A stretch of DNA of 64,000 bases from a candidate division FCPU426 bacterium (GCA_963830915.1 CAWHOE010000042.1:1-64000); one strand, 5' to 3'. Shown: positions 30,181-40,282, counted from the first letter of the stretch. Notes: generated by a model from the letters alone, not told the origin. Program-made: numbers and translations.

Positions 30181-30802
30181 GCCGCAAACAACGCCCAAAC
30201 CAAAAACGTATGAGAAAGCCATCCGGGTCTTTCGAGACCGCGGAGGACTACTTTCGTCCACTGAAGCCCTGCGGGAGGGTATCCATCCCAGGGACCTTTA
30301 TGCCATGCGGGACGGTAAACTGCTGAATCAGCTAAGCCGGGGTCTTTACCGGCTTTCCGATATGCCGTCCCTGGAAAACCCAGACATCGTGACGGTGGCC
30401 AGACGGGTGCCGGAAGGTGTCCTTTGTCTTATTTCAGCGCTTGCCATTCATGAACTGACCACCCAAATACCCCATGAGATTTATGTGGCCCTTGAGATGG
30501 GTGCCAGGATTCCACGACTGGAGAATCCACCCATTAGGGTATTCCACTTTTCGGGCAAAGCCTTTACGGAGGGGATCGAGCAACGAAAGGTAGATGGCAT
30601 AACCTACAGGGTTTATTCCCGAGAGAAAACCCTGGCGGATTGTTTCAAATACCGGAATGTCGTTGGTATGGATACGGCCCTGGAAGCGCTCCGCAACTAT
30701 TGGAGGAGTAAGTGGAAGAAAACGGATGAACTCACGAAATTCTCTAAGATCTGCCGTGTGGAGAGGGTGATGGCACCCTACCTGGAGGCTATCCAAGAAT
30801 GA
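30179..30802 (+). CDS. Type IV TA antitoxin AbiEi
   Basis: N-terminal wHTH (LSRGLYRL), GVLCLISALAIHELTTQIP, EKTLADCFKYRN. Confidence 0.9.
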   Translation: MPQTTPKPKTYEKAIRVFRDRGGLLSSTEALREGIHPRDLYAMRDGKLLNQLSRGLYRLSDMPSLENPDIVTVARRVPEGVLCLISALAIHELTTQIPHEIYVALEMGARIPRLENPPIRVFHFSGKAFTEGIEQRKVDGITYRVYSREKTLADCFKYRNVVGMDTALEALRNYWRSKWKKTDELTKFSKICRVERVMAPYLEAIQE

Positions 30803-31737
30803 ACAAGCCCATCGTCAATATGGCGGCCTCGGTGCATCAACGGCTTCTCAATAAGGCCCAAAAGTCGAAGCGCCCATTTAATGAGCTTCTCCACTATTAC
30901 GCGATGGAGAGGTTCCTGTACCGCCTATCGCGGTCCAAGTACTCGGAAAAATTCATCCTGAAGGGGGCCCTTCTTTTTACCGCCTGGGAAGTCGCCGAAT
31001 CCAGGCCGACCATGGACATCGACCTATTGGGGAAAATGAAGAATGAACCGGGGAGCATAGCCCAAGTCGTGAAGGAGATTTGTGGTCATGATGATGATCA
31101 TAATGATGGTCTTCGGTTTGACCCTGCAACGGTGAAAGCGACCCGGATCGTTGAAGGGGCCGATTACCATGGAGTAAGGGTCATGTTCCTAGCCAAGCTA
31201 GCTAACGCCAGGATACCCATGCAGATCGACATAGGTTTCGGCGATCCTCATTCAGGGGGTTCGGTTTCTTTAGTGTACCCAACCCTTTTGGATCATCCAG
31301 CACCCCACCTTAAGGGTTATCGGCCAGAAAACGCCATCGCGGAGAAATTCGAGGCTATGTGCAAGCGTGGAATGACCAATACCCGGATGAAAGATTTTTT
31401 CGACGTTTGGCTTTTGGCGCGCCGGTTCGACTTTGACGGGAGCGCCCTTTCAAAAGCGATCATGGAAACCTTTGCGAGTCGCCATGTAGAAGTACCTATG
31501 GAGCCAACGGCGTTCGGATCAGGCTTTTCCAGGGATAAGGTCAAAAACGTCCAATGGAAAGCTTTCTTGAAAAAGAGTCGGGCGCCGCATGCCCCGATGA
31601 ATCTTGCCGTCGCGGTTAAGGTAATAAAAGGATTTCTAGGTCCCATCGCAAAGACTTTGGCCGAGAAAAAGAATTTCGTCGGGAAGTGGAAGGCACCAGG
31701 GCCGTGGAAAATTCCGAGCGGGCGTCAAAAACACTAA
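30799..31737 (+). CDS. AbiEii/AbiGii nucleotidyltransferase toxin
   Basis: ERFLYRLS, FILKGALL, RPTMDIDL, IDIGFGD, AEKFEA, RMKDFFD. Confidence 0.92.
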   Translation: MNKPIVNMAASVHQRLLNKAQKSKRPFNELLHYYAMERFLYRLSRSKYSEKFILKGALLFTAWEVAESRPTMDIDLLGKMKNEPGSIAQVVKEICGHDDDHNDGLRFDPATVKATRIVEGADYHGVRVMFLAKLANARIPMQIDIGFGDPHSGGSVSLVYPTLLDHPAPHLKGYRPENAIAEKFEAMCKRGMTNTRMKDFFDVWLLARRFDFDGSALSKAIMETFASRHVEVPMEPTAFGSGFSRDKVKNVQWKAFLKKSRAPHAPMNLAVAVKVIKGFLGPIAKTLAEKKNFVGKWKAPGPWKIPSGRQKH

Positions 31738-31739
31738 AA

Positions 31740-31770
31740 CACAAACCCCTTAGTTATTAAGGGGTTTGTG
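31740..31770. terminator. Hairpin terminator after abiEii
   Basis: CACAAACCCCTTA...TAAGGGGTTTGTG. Confidence 0.6.
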
Positions 31771-32118
31771 AAATTTGTAGTTTTCGTGTGTTGGGTCAGG
31801 CCTGACCCCAGGTTTAACCGCCTGCCGGAACTTAGTGAAGGCAGGAGTCTGGGTGCACCATGAATTGGTTGTGCTTTGCCGTTGTTGATGTTTTCTATTC
31901 GTTGTTTTTATCTGTGCCTCTTGATCCTTCGCTTTTCCTCTCCCCAGCCGATCAAATTGATCCTCGATTTATTATTTTGATAGAACGAAATTTCAAGCTA
32001 GTTCTCCTCCCTCCATTGATGTTCGATCCCTAAACACCGATATTGAATCTAGGAATAATCAGAAGGACATTCCAAAGACTTGAGAATTTTCAGGTCGTTT
32101 CAACAAAAGGAGCAGCCA

Positions 32119-32718
32119 ATGAAAGCGAAGGTATTCAGTTGCCTGTTAGTTTCAACCCTGCTCATGGGGTTGGCCGGGATATGCAAGGCGGATGACGATA
32201 ACCGGGTCATCAGCAAATTGGGCCAAAACAGCCCTCAGGATCATCTCAGGACCGCCTCGTTCTATTTGGTCTTCAAGGACAACAAATCGGACAGCCTTCC
32301 CGCGGTGCAATCAGGGGACACTGCCCGCTTCTATTCCAAGGTTTGGGACGGCCTCTATCTGCAGGTCACGACCGAGAACGGGGATAGGGGAACCGCTGGT
32401 TATATGTTCTCATTTTCGACCGATGAGGCGGGTCTCACCCCCGTGGAAACGAATGAACTCAGGGATGTGCCCTCGCTTCGGGAAATTACGGCCGGTGATT
32501 TCCGCTCCGATGATAATTTCTCGGTCCGTGTATTGAAGCCAGGTCCCGGTACCCCGAAAGACCGCGGCGCTTTCAGAATGGTCAAATATGACGGATTTGA
32601 CGTGGAGATCAGGGTGTTGGAATTCAGTATCGGCGACGCTGGATTGAAGAATAAGCCTTTCTTTAAATCCCTCTCGACCCTAGTGACGGTCAGGGAAAAA
32701 GCGGAGAGTACCAAGTAA
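32119..32718 (+). CDS. Hypothetical exported protein
   Basis: AGGAG RBS and signal peptide. Confidence 0.65.
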   Translation: MKAKVFSCLLVSTLLMGLAGICKADDDNRVISKLGQNSPQDHLRTASFYLVFKDNKSDSLPAVQSGDTARFYSKVWDGLYLQVTTENGDRGTAGYMFSFSTDEAGLTPVETNELRDVPSLREITAGDFRSDDNFSVRVLKPGPGTPKDRGAFRMVKYDGFDVEIRVLEFSIGDAGLKNKPFFKSLSTLVTVREKAESTK

Positions 32719-32841
32719 ATACGATATCAACCCAAGGAACCGGTCCGAACCGCGAAAGTTCCGTTCGTACCGGTCCTGGAAGTTGAGGTCTTGCTTTAAT
32801 TGAAGAGTGGTTTTTAAAATAAAAGTTAGGGGAGTTTTCAA

Positions 32842-32988
32842 ATGTTATACACGATCGCCGTTATCCTGCTGATCCTTTGGGTATTAGGTCTGGTCAGTTC
32901 TTACACCATGGGTGGGTTCATCCACCTTTTTCTGGTGATCGCCCTCATTGTCATCGTTGTCCGATTATTGCAAGGCCGCAAGTTATAA
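32842..32988 (+). CDS. lmo0937-family small membrane protein (not in ORF track)
   Basis: MLYTIAVILLILWVLGLVSSYTMGGFIHLFLVIALIVIVVRLLQGRKL; GGAG RBS. Confidence 0.9.
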   Translation: MLYTIAVILLILWVLGLVSSYTMGGFIHLFLVIALIVIVVRLLQGRKL

Positions 32989-33050
32989 CTCTCCGCGTTA
33001 TTATTTTCTGCGACAAATGAGCGCCTGAAATCGAAAGGTAGATCGAAACC

Positions 33051-33665
33051 TTGATCCATTGGCTTCAGTCCGTATTGGCCCATGACGGCTACGGGATCCT
33101 GTTCCTACTGGTGTTCTTGAACGAACTGTGCCTGCCATCGCCCGGCGATAAAACGATGATGGTGGCAGGTTTCCTGGTGGGGAAGGGTGACCTTTCCTTG
33201 TGGGCGGTGATCGGCATCGGGACTGCGGCTGGCTTCCTGGGTTGCGCCCTCGCCTATTGGTCCGGAAGAAGGATGGGGAACCAGTTGTTGTTAAGGATCA
33301 AATGGTTGAGGATCACGCCTGATCGACTCAAAAAGATGGAAGGCTTTTTTGAAAAGTACGGGGCCAAGACGGTATTTTACGCCCGGTTCGTGGCCTTGCT
33401 CCATCCCATCACGGGCCTGTTAGCGGGCATATGGAAAACGCCCCCGCGGCCTTTCCTTCTGTATAACCTTGGGGGTACTTTCGCCAATGTGATCCTCTAT
33501 ACCCTCGCCGGCCGTTTTTTGGGGCACACATGGGAACTTCACAAAAACAGCATGGGAGCCATCATCCTTTACCTGCTTCTGGTTCTTTTGACCTATCTAT
33601 TGATGGGTCTTTATTTGAAACGAGCCCTCCGGAAATTTTTCAAGGAACCTGAACTAACCCCGTGA
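33051..33665 (+). CDS. DedA-family membrane protein
   Basis: LPSPGD, AYWSGRRMG, FFEKYGAKTVFYARFV. Confidence 0.9.
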   Translation: MIHWLQSVLAHDGYGILFLLVFLNELCLPSPGDKTMMVAGFLVGKGDLSLWAVIGIGTAAGFLGCALAYWSGRRMGNQLLLRIKWLRITPDRLKKMEGFFEKYGAKTVFYARFVALLHPITGLLAGIWKTPPRPFLLYNLGGTFANVILYTLAGRFLGHTWELHKNSMGAIILYLLLVLLTYLLMGLYLKRALRKFFKEPELTP

Positions 33666-33694
33666 TCTGGGGCCGGACGATCCTATAAGTTGGC

Positions 33695-33725
33695 AAAAAA
33701 AGGGGACCCTTTTGGGGTCCCCTTT
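33695..33725. terminator. Terminator between convergent genes
   Basis: AAAAAAAGGGGACCC-TTTT-GGGGTCCCCTTT. Confidence 0.75.
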
Positions 33726-33737
33726 CGCGTGAAAGGA

Positions 33738-34961
33738 TCAGTCATCCTGGGATGTGGCCGCGTTGTAAGGGTTGCCTTGGGCGTCGAACAGGTCGAAAGA
33801 CCCGTCATTCAATCTCAGGACGATCTCCAAAGGCCTGCCGTTGCTCACGTCCGAATACTGGATGCTTTGTACGCCTGAAGCCAGATAGATGGGGCTGAAG
33901 GCCGAAGGGTCCGCCGTGTCGTACAAGAAGGCGTCACCTTCTCCTGGCACGATCTTGACTGACCGTTTGCCGTCCGGGCTGTTATAGGCCGTCTCGCCGG
34001 CCTGCTCCTGGCCGCTCACGACCACTGGATCATCCGCGGAGTTGGCGGGGATGTAATTGTCGTCGTTATAGACGTAAAGCTCGCCGACGTGGTAAGGGTC
34101 CTGCCACCACCAATAATTGTCGTTGTAGAAGCACCAGCGGTTAAAGCCGCTGTCGTACCACCACCAACGGCCGTTGTAATTGCGGGTCCAAAAGAATTGA
34201 TCCCCCGCGTACCAGCCGTACCAGTGGTATCCCGAATGGTCGATGTAATGGGAATAAGAAAAGCCGCCATCCGTATGCCAATAATAATGGTCCCTTTCGG
34301 TCTCCACGCGGTTTTCCTGGTCGATCCTCTGCATGTAGGCCGGACGGTTCACGGCCGACATCTGGTTTCGCACTACCGAGCCGTTGAATTGGCGGGCGGA
34401 AACCATCGTTCCCTTGAACGCCTCCCCTTTGGGGCCGGTCCTGGGAGCCCCGATGATCGAATGGGCCCGGTCGGTAGAAACGATCTCGGACCGGTCGGTG
34501 ATGTACTTGGGTTCGGTTTTCACGCCTATCTTGGCCATCTTTTGACGGACATAACCGGGCGTATAGGTGTGATGGCGGACCGCCACGGCCTCCCTGGCGA
34601 CAGGCGCGCGAGCGGTATTTGGTTGGCGCACGGGCTGGGATTGGACCGGCGCCGTTCTTTGAAAGGTATGTTGCGCGACCGGAGCGGTTCGGGTCCTTTG
34701 GACCTGCCCGTAAGAAGGCTGGTAGGCCTGGTGATAGCCTGTGCTGGGGCTGGTACGGTTCATCTGGATCCGCACTGGCTGGCGGAATTGCGCCTGGGCG
34801 CGGACCGTTCCTCTACTTCTGGCGATCGTGCTGTTTCCTCTCACTACTCCGACTTTACTATCCTTCGGATTCCCGCCATTTCCATCCCTGTCTCCCGCCG
34901 CGTAGACGGCGGCCCCCATGGAAAAAGATAAGATCAAAGTTAATACCGTAATTCGTTTCAT
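33738..34961 (-). CDS. Exported protein with basic low-complexity N-terminus and Trp/Tyr-rich repeats
   Basis: Signal peptide; HYYWH..HWYGWY..RWWWYD..YWWWQD. Confidence 0.75.
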   Translation of the reverse strand: MKRITVLTLILSFSMGAAVYAAGDRDGNGGNPKDSKVGVVRGNSTIARSRGTVRAQAQFRQPVRIQMNRTSPSTGYHQAYQPSYGQVQRTRTAPVAQHTFQRTAPVQSQPVRQPNTARAPVAREAVAVRHHTYTPGYVRQKMAKIGVKTEPKYITDRSEIVSTDRAHSIIGAPRTGPKGEAFKGTMVSARQFNGSVVRNQMSAVNRPAYMQRIDQENRVETERDHYYWHTDGGFSYSHYIDHSGYHWYGWYAGDQFFWTRNYNGRWWWYDSGFNRWCFYNDNYWWWQDPYHVGELYVYNDDNYIPANSADDPVVVSGQEQAGETAYNSPDGKRSVKIVPGEGDAFLYDTADPSAFSPIYLASGVQSIQYSDVSNGRPLEIVLRLNDGSFDLFDAQGNPYNAATSQDD

Positions 34962-34999
34962 GTTGCCCCTTTAGAAAATGAAGTCCTGGTAGGGTTAAA

Positions 35000-35013
35000 G
35001 CAAGAAACGAGCC
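35000..35013 (-). promoter_or_regulatory. Sigma-54 promoter
   Basis: GGCTCGTTTCTTGC (GG-N10-GC) upstream of the 34961 start. Confidence 0.75.
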
Positions 35014-35370
35014 GTTCAAAACATGGCCTCTCATCCCGGGATCGTTATCAAAGGGATAGGAAAGGTCGTTAAACTTCAAATTAATAAAATGGATCGTTCG
35101 ATCGAATCGAGTATGACCAAAAATAGGCTATCAATATGAGAGCGATCAGTTCGATCATTTAACATGGAATTTAGCCGAATACCCGCTTTATTTATTAATA
35201 AAGAGTAGTATGGACACTGTCGGGCGGTTCATCCCCCCTTCCTCCCAGGCCCCGGTGAATGTCTTCAAGGAATCCGGACCAAATTTTATCGTTTTGGTTC
35301 AACCAACTCGGCCCCCTCTACACTCTCACGTTGATCTACCGGCAGGCTGAACCCTGCCCAGGAGCCGAAC

Positions 35371-36999
35371 ATGCGCGTCGAAGACCTCGACCTAAAAGAA
35401 CTTTTGGAATATGACCCATCTGGAGGCAAGATCCGTTTTGCCGGACAAAGAGCCCTGATATTCGACGCCGTTTCCCAGGGGCTCCTTCGCAAAGAGTTGG
35501 TCGCCACCTATGGCGAAAGGATCGCCCGGGGCATCCTCAGCCGCTACGGCTATATCCACGGCCGTCGCCTGGCCGAGACCCTGAAGAACAAGTTCAACTG
35601 GGATACGGAAGAAGACTGGCAAAAGGCCGGAGCCCGGGTCTTTGCCCTGCAGGGATTATTCATGCAGGAGCCCGGCATGCCCATCGCCTTCGGCATGGAA
35701 GGCGGGACCTGGCGTGTTTCCTATGAGGCCGAACAGCACCTGCTCCATATGGGCCGTTCGGACGCCCCTGTCTGCTGGAACTTGTGCGGGCTCATCAGCG
35801 GCTACTTGAGCTACGTCGCCGAGAAGGAAATGTACGCGCTGGAGGACAAGTGCGTGGGCAAGGGCGATACGGCCTGCCACGTGATGATCAAGACCGAGGA
35901 GGAGTGGGGCGAGATCGCGGGCGGGGAATTGGCGGTTTTCAAACGCATGGGCATCGATGACGCCTTGAAGGACGTCACCAGCTCGCTGAAGCGCACGGAA
36001 AGCGAGTTGCGGGAAAAGACCAGGAAGTTGACCCTCATCGCCAAGATCGAGGAGGACCCGGCGGAACTCATGGCGCGCAGCCCGGGGATGCGCAAATTGA
36101 TGGAACTGGCCAAGACCATCGCCGCCATCGATTCCACGGTCCTGATCACGGGCGAGAGCGGCACCGGCAAGGAAAGGGTGGCGCGGTTCGTCCACGACCA
36201 TTCGGCCCACGCGGACGGCCCCTTCATCGCGGTCAATTGCGGGGCCATCACCGAGACATTGCTGGAGAGCGAGCTCTTCGGCCACGCCCGCGGGGCCTTC
36301 ACCGGCGCGACCACGGACCGGGCCGGCCTTTTCGAGGCGGCCAACGGCGGGACCCTGTTGCTCGACGAGGTGGGCGAGATATCCCTGCCCATGCAGGTGA
36401 AGCTCCTCCGGGCCATCCAGGAGCGGGAAGTGCGAAGGGTCGGCGAGAACAAGAACCGGCCGGTCAGGGTGCGCATCGTCAGCGCCACCAACAAGGACCT
36501 GTCGATCGAGGTGGCAGAAAAAAGATTCCGGGACGACCTCTATTACCGCCTGAACGTGGTGGAACTGGCCGTGCCGCCCCTGCGCCAAAGGCGGGAGGAC
36601 ATCCTTCCCCTCGCGCGCCTGCTCCTGGCCGAATCGGCCCTTCAAATGAAGCGCCCCGTGGACGGGATGACGCCCGCGGCGGCGGACAAATTGCTGGAAT
36701 ACTCCTGGCCCGGCAACGTGCGGGAACTGGCGAACGCCATGGAAAGGGCGGTGGCGGTTGCCAAGACCAACCGCGTGGACGTGGAGGACCTGCCCCCCCA
36801 GGTGCTTTTGATGACGCCGATGGCTTCCAACCAGGGGGATCCCCGGGCCATGAAGGATGTGGAGAAGGATTGCATCCTGAACGCCCTGGAAAAAACCGAC
36901 GGCAACCGCCGGAAAGCGGCGGAATTGATGGGACTGGGCGTGGCGACCCTATACCGAAAACTCCGGGCCTACAAGTTGTTGGATAAGGTGCAGGAATGA
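35371..36999 (+). CDS. XylR/DmpR-like sigma-54 enhancer-binding protein (XylR_N + V4R + AAA+ + Fis HTH)
   Basis: SYEAEQH, CWNL.G..SGYLS, EDKCVGKGDTACH, GESGTGKE, GAFTGA, LLDEVGE, WPGNVREL, TLYRKL. Confidence 0.95.
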   Translation: MRVEDLDLKELLEYDPSGGKIRFAGQRALIFDAVSQGLLRKELVATYGERIARGILSRYGYIHGRRLAETLKNKFNWDTEEDWQKAGARVFALQGLFMQEPGMPIAFGMEGGTWRVSYEAEQHLLHMGRSDAPVCWNLCGLISGYLSYVAEKEMYALEDKCVGKGDTACHVMIKTEEEWGEIAGGELAVFKRMGIDDALKDVTSSLKRTESELREKTRKLTLIAKIEEDPAELMARSPGMRKLMELAKTIAAIDSTVLITGESGTGKERVARFVHDHSAHADGPFIAVNCGAITETLLESELFGHARGAFTGATTDRAGLFEAANGGTLLLDEVGEISLPMQVKLLRAIQEREVRRVGENKNRPVRVRIVSATNKDLSIEVAEKRFRDDLYYRLNVVELAVPPLRQRREDILPLARLLLAESALQMKRPVDGMTPAAADKLLEYSWPGNVRELANAMERAVAVAKTNRVDVEDLPPQVLLMTPMASNQGDPRAMKDVEKDCILNALEKTDGNRRKAAELMGLGVATLYRKLRAYKLLDKVQE

Positions 37000-37023
37000 G
37001 CCGTTTTCCCAGGGGGTTCCTCC

Positions 37024-37944
37024 GTGGGGAATGAACCCGTCGTCACCCAAGGGTCCGCGCAGGAGAAATCGAAGATCAAGGTCCTTCTCGCGGAGGATCG
37101 GCCGGGAGGCTCGCCCTTTTGGGAACAGATCCTCGCCGAAGTCCCGGACGCGGAAATAGAATTCAGCCTGGTCGAGAAATTCGCCGATGACGCCAAACAC
37201 TTCGAGGTCAGGACCCCGGACGTCATCATTCTGGACCTTTCCCTGCCGGCGGCGGGATTGGAGGCTTTTTTATCCGTCTATAACACGGCCCCCAACATCC
37301 CCATCATCGTCGTGACCGGGACGGACAACCAAAAGTTGGCGGTCCAGGCCGCCCTGGCGGGCGCCCAGGACTGCCTGGTCAAGAGCGATATCAGCGGTTT
37401 CCTTTTGAGCCGTTCAATTCGTTACGCTATCGGCCGTCAAAACCATTTAAAACAACTTAAAGCCGTCTCGGTCATCGACGAATTGACGGGCCTCTACAAC
37501 CGGCGGGGTTTCCTGATCTTGGCCGACCAGCGGATCAAAATGTCCGAACGGACGGGGGAATCCCTCTTCCTGGTCTTCGCCGATGTGGACGGGTTGAAAG
37601 CCATCAATGACACTCTGGGGCACCACGGGGGGGACCTGGCGCTCATGGAAAGCGCCCATGTCCTGAGGGAAGCCTTCCGTGAGACGGATATATTGGGAAG
37701 ATTGGGCGGGGATGAGTTCGTGGCCCTTTTAGCCGACGGCGGGGGGGTCAGTCAAGGATCCTTGAGGGAGAGGTTCCAGGGGACGGTCCAGGAGCATAAT
37801 GCCTATCGCACCCGAAGCTTCAAACTTTCCATTAGTATCGGCATATCCCTTTTCGATCCCCGCACACCTTGTTCCATCGGGGACCTGTTGGATAAAGCGG
37901 ATAAGGAAATGTACGTGCAAAAAAAGGCGGGGAAGGTCGGGTAA
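37024..37944 (+). CDS. Response regulator-diguanylate cyclase (REC-GGDEF)
   Basis: LAED, ILDLSLP, DELTGLYNRRGF, RLGGDEF, ADKEMY. Confidence 0.92.
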   Translation: MGNEPVVTQGSAQEKSKIKVLLAEDRPGGSPFWEQILAEVPDAEIEFSLVEKFADDAKHFEVRTPDVIILDLSLPAAGLEAFLSVYNTAPNIPIIVVTGTDNQKLAVQAALAGAQDCLVKSDISGFLLSRSIRYAIGRQNHLKQLKAVSVIDELTGLYNRRGFLILADQRIKMSERTGESLFLVFADVDGLKAINDTLGHHGGDLALMESAHVLREAFRETDILGRLGGDEFVALLADGGGVSQGSLRERFQGTVQEHNAYRTRSFKLSISIGISLFDPRTPCSIGDLLDKADKEMYVQKKAGKVG

Positions 37945-38008
37945 AAGAGGCGGTCTGAACGGCCAAAGACTTCTTTTGCGTCTCCAAAACCCTTATTCGC
38001 GGGATGTC

Positions 38009-38722
38009 TTAGTTCAGCAGCGCTGGTAGGTTGAAAAGTAATATTTCGGTTGGTTCCTGCGCGGTGAAAGATACCGCTATTTCCACCGAGAACCCCGCCC
38101 CATCCCCCACGAGAAGTTGAAGGTCGGCCAGGTCGATCTTTCCTTTGACCACGTGCAGCCAGGCGTTCCGGCCGGGTTTCAGCTCGTGGACCATATGGTT
38201 CCCCTTGTGGATGAGCGTGGAATACATTTCCACGTCCTGGCGTATCTTGAGCGAGTCGTCCTTCCCGTCGGGTGAAGCGATGAGTTTGAGGATGCCCTTG
38301 CGGTCGGCCAGGGTGAAGTGCTTGTTTTCGCCGCCCGGTTCGGCCACGCCAGCGCCCGGCGCGAACCCGCTTTGGAATAGGCGGGCTTCATCGTCAGGGG
38401 AGACGTTCAGGGAAAATTGTTTGACGCCGGCCTGGGTTTCAGCCTGATGGAAATCGCCCGCCCGCATCAAGCCGCTCTTGCCCTGCTGGGGCCTATTGAA
38501 GACCATGACCCCTTCATGGAGGTAGGTCACGATCACCATGTCCTTTTGCGTTTGGAGGACGAAGGTCCGGCCCGGCTTTAGGATCTCCTCATTGAATATC
38601 TTGAGCACTCCGAAACCGTTCTGCAGGGGATCGGCTTGGTTTTCATGATCGAAGGTCATCCAGGTCTTTTGATTTTCTGACTCGATATGGCGGCGATCCG
38701 CCGATCTTCGGATGGTGATCAT
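38009..38722 (-). CDS. Pirin-family bicupin (YhaK-like, metal ligands degenerate)
   Basis: GFGVLKIFNEE, LIASPDGKDDSLKIRQD, AWLHVVKG, GDGA. Confidence 0.85.
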   Translation of the reverse strand: MITIRRSADRRHIESENQKTWMTFDHENQADPLQNGFGVLKIFNEEILKPGRTFVLQTQKDMVIVTYLHEGVMVFNRPQQGKSGLMRAGDFHQAETQAGVKQFSLNVSPDDEARLFQSGFAPGAGVAEPGGENKHFTLADRKGILKLIASPDGKDDSLKIRQDVEMYSTLIHKGNHMVHELKPGRNAWLHVVKGKIDLADLQLLVGDGAGFSVEIAVSFTAQEPTEILLFNLPALLN

Positions 38723-39156
38723 TTCATTTTCCTTAGACGCTTATTTTCCGGACTAACGCTCCCATTGACGATAGAACCGCTTTTAAACCCACCGACCAAC
38801 GCCGACTCCACATCCGGAAAAGACCTTAAAAAAGTGTTGAATTCCAATAGCTTGTAGATATCCGTGACGTCCGGACTCATGCCCGCCAAGACCAGGTCCC
38901 CATTCTGCCCGCGGATCTTCTTGATCTCGCTGATGAAGATGCCCCAGCCGGCGCTGCTGATGTATTCCACGTCCGTCAGGTCGATCACCAACTTGAACTT
39001 TTTATCGTTCAGGACCGACCGAAAGCGTTCCTCGAACTCGGAAGCCGTGACCGTGTCGATCACACCCTGGACTTTTATTAACGTGATCCCTTTGTTTCGC
39101 TCGTTTTCGGATATGCCGACCGAAATGTGGCTTTTCCCCCCGTCGATATTCATCAC
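38719..39156 (-). CDS. STAS-domain anti-sigma-factor antagonist
   Basis: GVIDTVTA, IDLTDVEYISSAGWG. Confidence 0.9.
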   Translation of the reverse strand: MMNIDGGKSHISVGISENERNKGITLIKVQGVIDTVTASEFEERFRSVLNDKKFKLVIDLTDVEYISSAGWGIFISEIKKIRGQNGDLVLAGMSPDVTDIYKLLEFNTFLRSFPDVESALVGGFKSGSIVNGSVSPENKRLRKMK

Positions 39157-39205
39157 TTTCGATGTCCCAACCGCGCGTTTTCACGAGAAGCTTTAAGAAA
39201 AAGAA

Positions 39206-39403
39206 GCAAGAAACAAGCCGGTTCTTATTGGAAATTAGCAACGAATCAGGCTGGTCTTTGATCGGATTTCATCAATGAAAATCAAAACGAGAATTGAGGG
39301 CGATCAATTTGATCGTTCGCGGTCTATAGAAGAACGCGCCGCGGAACGGAAACCGATTTTTATCCTGACCAGCGGAGGGTTTCTGGGGGGGTATGGAACT
39401 TGC
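39206..39403. promoter_or_regulatory. Divergent sigma-54 promoter pair with tandem enhancer-like sites
   Basis: (-) GGCTTGTTTCTTGC 39206-39219; (+) GGTATGGAACTTGC 39390-39403; palindromes at 39279 and 39301 (CGATCAATTTGATCG). Confidence 0.75.
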
Positions 39404-39460
39404 TTAACACCAATGGTCAAATGTTTTCTTGAGCAAAAATAAATGAATGAAAGAGTGATC

Positions 39461-40021
39461 ATGAAAAGGTTTTCTTTAGCGCTGGGTTGTTCTTTGCTTT
39501 TAACGTTGGGAAGCGGCTTCGCTTATGCCGATGAGTCCGTCTCGCCGGTAGGGCCCACGGTGCGTTTGGGCGTGGAGGGAGGTTTTAACCTGGCCAACTT
39601 GAACGGCGCGAACGTGAATGACGCGGTCGGTTCCCGATTAGGGTTCGTGGGGGGCGCTTTCCTGGGTCTGCCCTTGGGAACGAGCCTGACGCTCCAGCCC
39701 GAGATCCTCTATTCCCAAAAAGGCGGGAAGTACAACGGTAATCCCTATCAACTGGATTATTGGGAGATCCCCATTTTGTTGGACGTGAACCTGGTGGGGC
39801 CTTTGGGCCTGCTGCTGGGCCCTTCCTTCGATTTCAACGCGGCGAGTAACGGTGTGGCCAATATCAACAATTCGGACGTAGGGCTGGTCGTGGGCGGTCA
39901 AGTGAATCTCAGCCGTTTCCTGGTCAGCGGTCGTTATGAAGTGGGCCTGACGAACGTGACCAACAATCAAAGCGTCCAGAATGGGACCTTCACCTTCATG
40001 GTCGGCCTTTCGTTCATTTAA
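39461..40021 (+). CDS. Outer-membrane beta-barrel (porin/PorT-like) protein
   Basis: Signal peptide, GVEGGFNLA, LQPEILYSQKG, LDYWEIP, RYEVGLTN. Confidence 0.85.
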   Translation: MKRFSLALGCSLLLTLGSGFAYADESVSPVGPTVRLGVEGGFNLANLNGANVNDAVGSRLGFVGGAFLGLPLGTSLTLQPEILYSQKGGKYNGNPYQLDYWEIPILLDVNLVGPLGLLLGPSFDFNAASNGVANINNSDVGLVVGGQVNLSRFLVSGRYEVGLTNVTNNQSVQNGTFTFMVGLSFI

Positions 40022-40052
40022 GTATAAAAAACCCATTTACCACGGAGACACA

Positions 40053-40131
40053 TGCCGACCTTCAATAAAAAAGCTTTAAAAGAGGTCGGTATAGTACCGA
40101 TTTCCAATTAATTCAAATTGGATAATCGGCA
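40053..40131 (+). repeat. 79-bp double-hairpin miniature element, copy 3, inside a CACAGAG-type inverted repeat (40038-40231)
   Basis: TGCCGACC..GGTCGGTATAGTACCGATT..AATCGGCA flanked by CA/CA. Confidence 0.8.
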
Positions 40132-40282
40132 CAGAGACACAGCTAGCTTTTCCACAAAAAATTTGGTTTTAAATCAAAAATCAAGTTGTAACTGTGAACT
40201 CTGTGAGCTGCCGAAGGCAGCCTGTGGTGAAAAGATTTTATGTTTCAGTGGTGAATAGGTTTTTTGTGAGGGGAAAGGGGCG

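Noticed and set aside
32781..32794. Sigma-54 promoter for the lmo0937-like gene (AGTTGAGGTCTTGC)
   Set aside because: The -12 element fits but the invariant -24 GG reads AG, so it was not counted.
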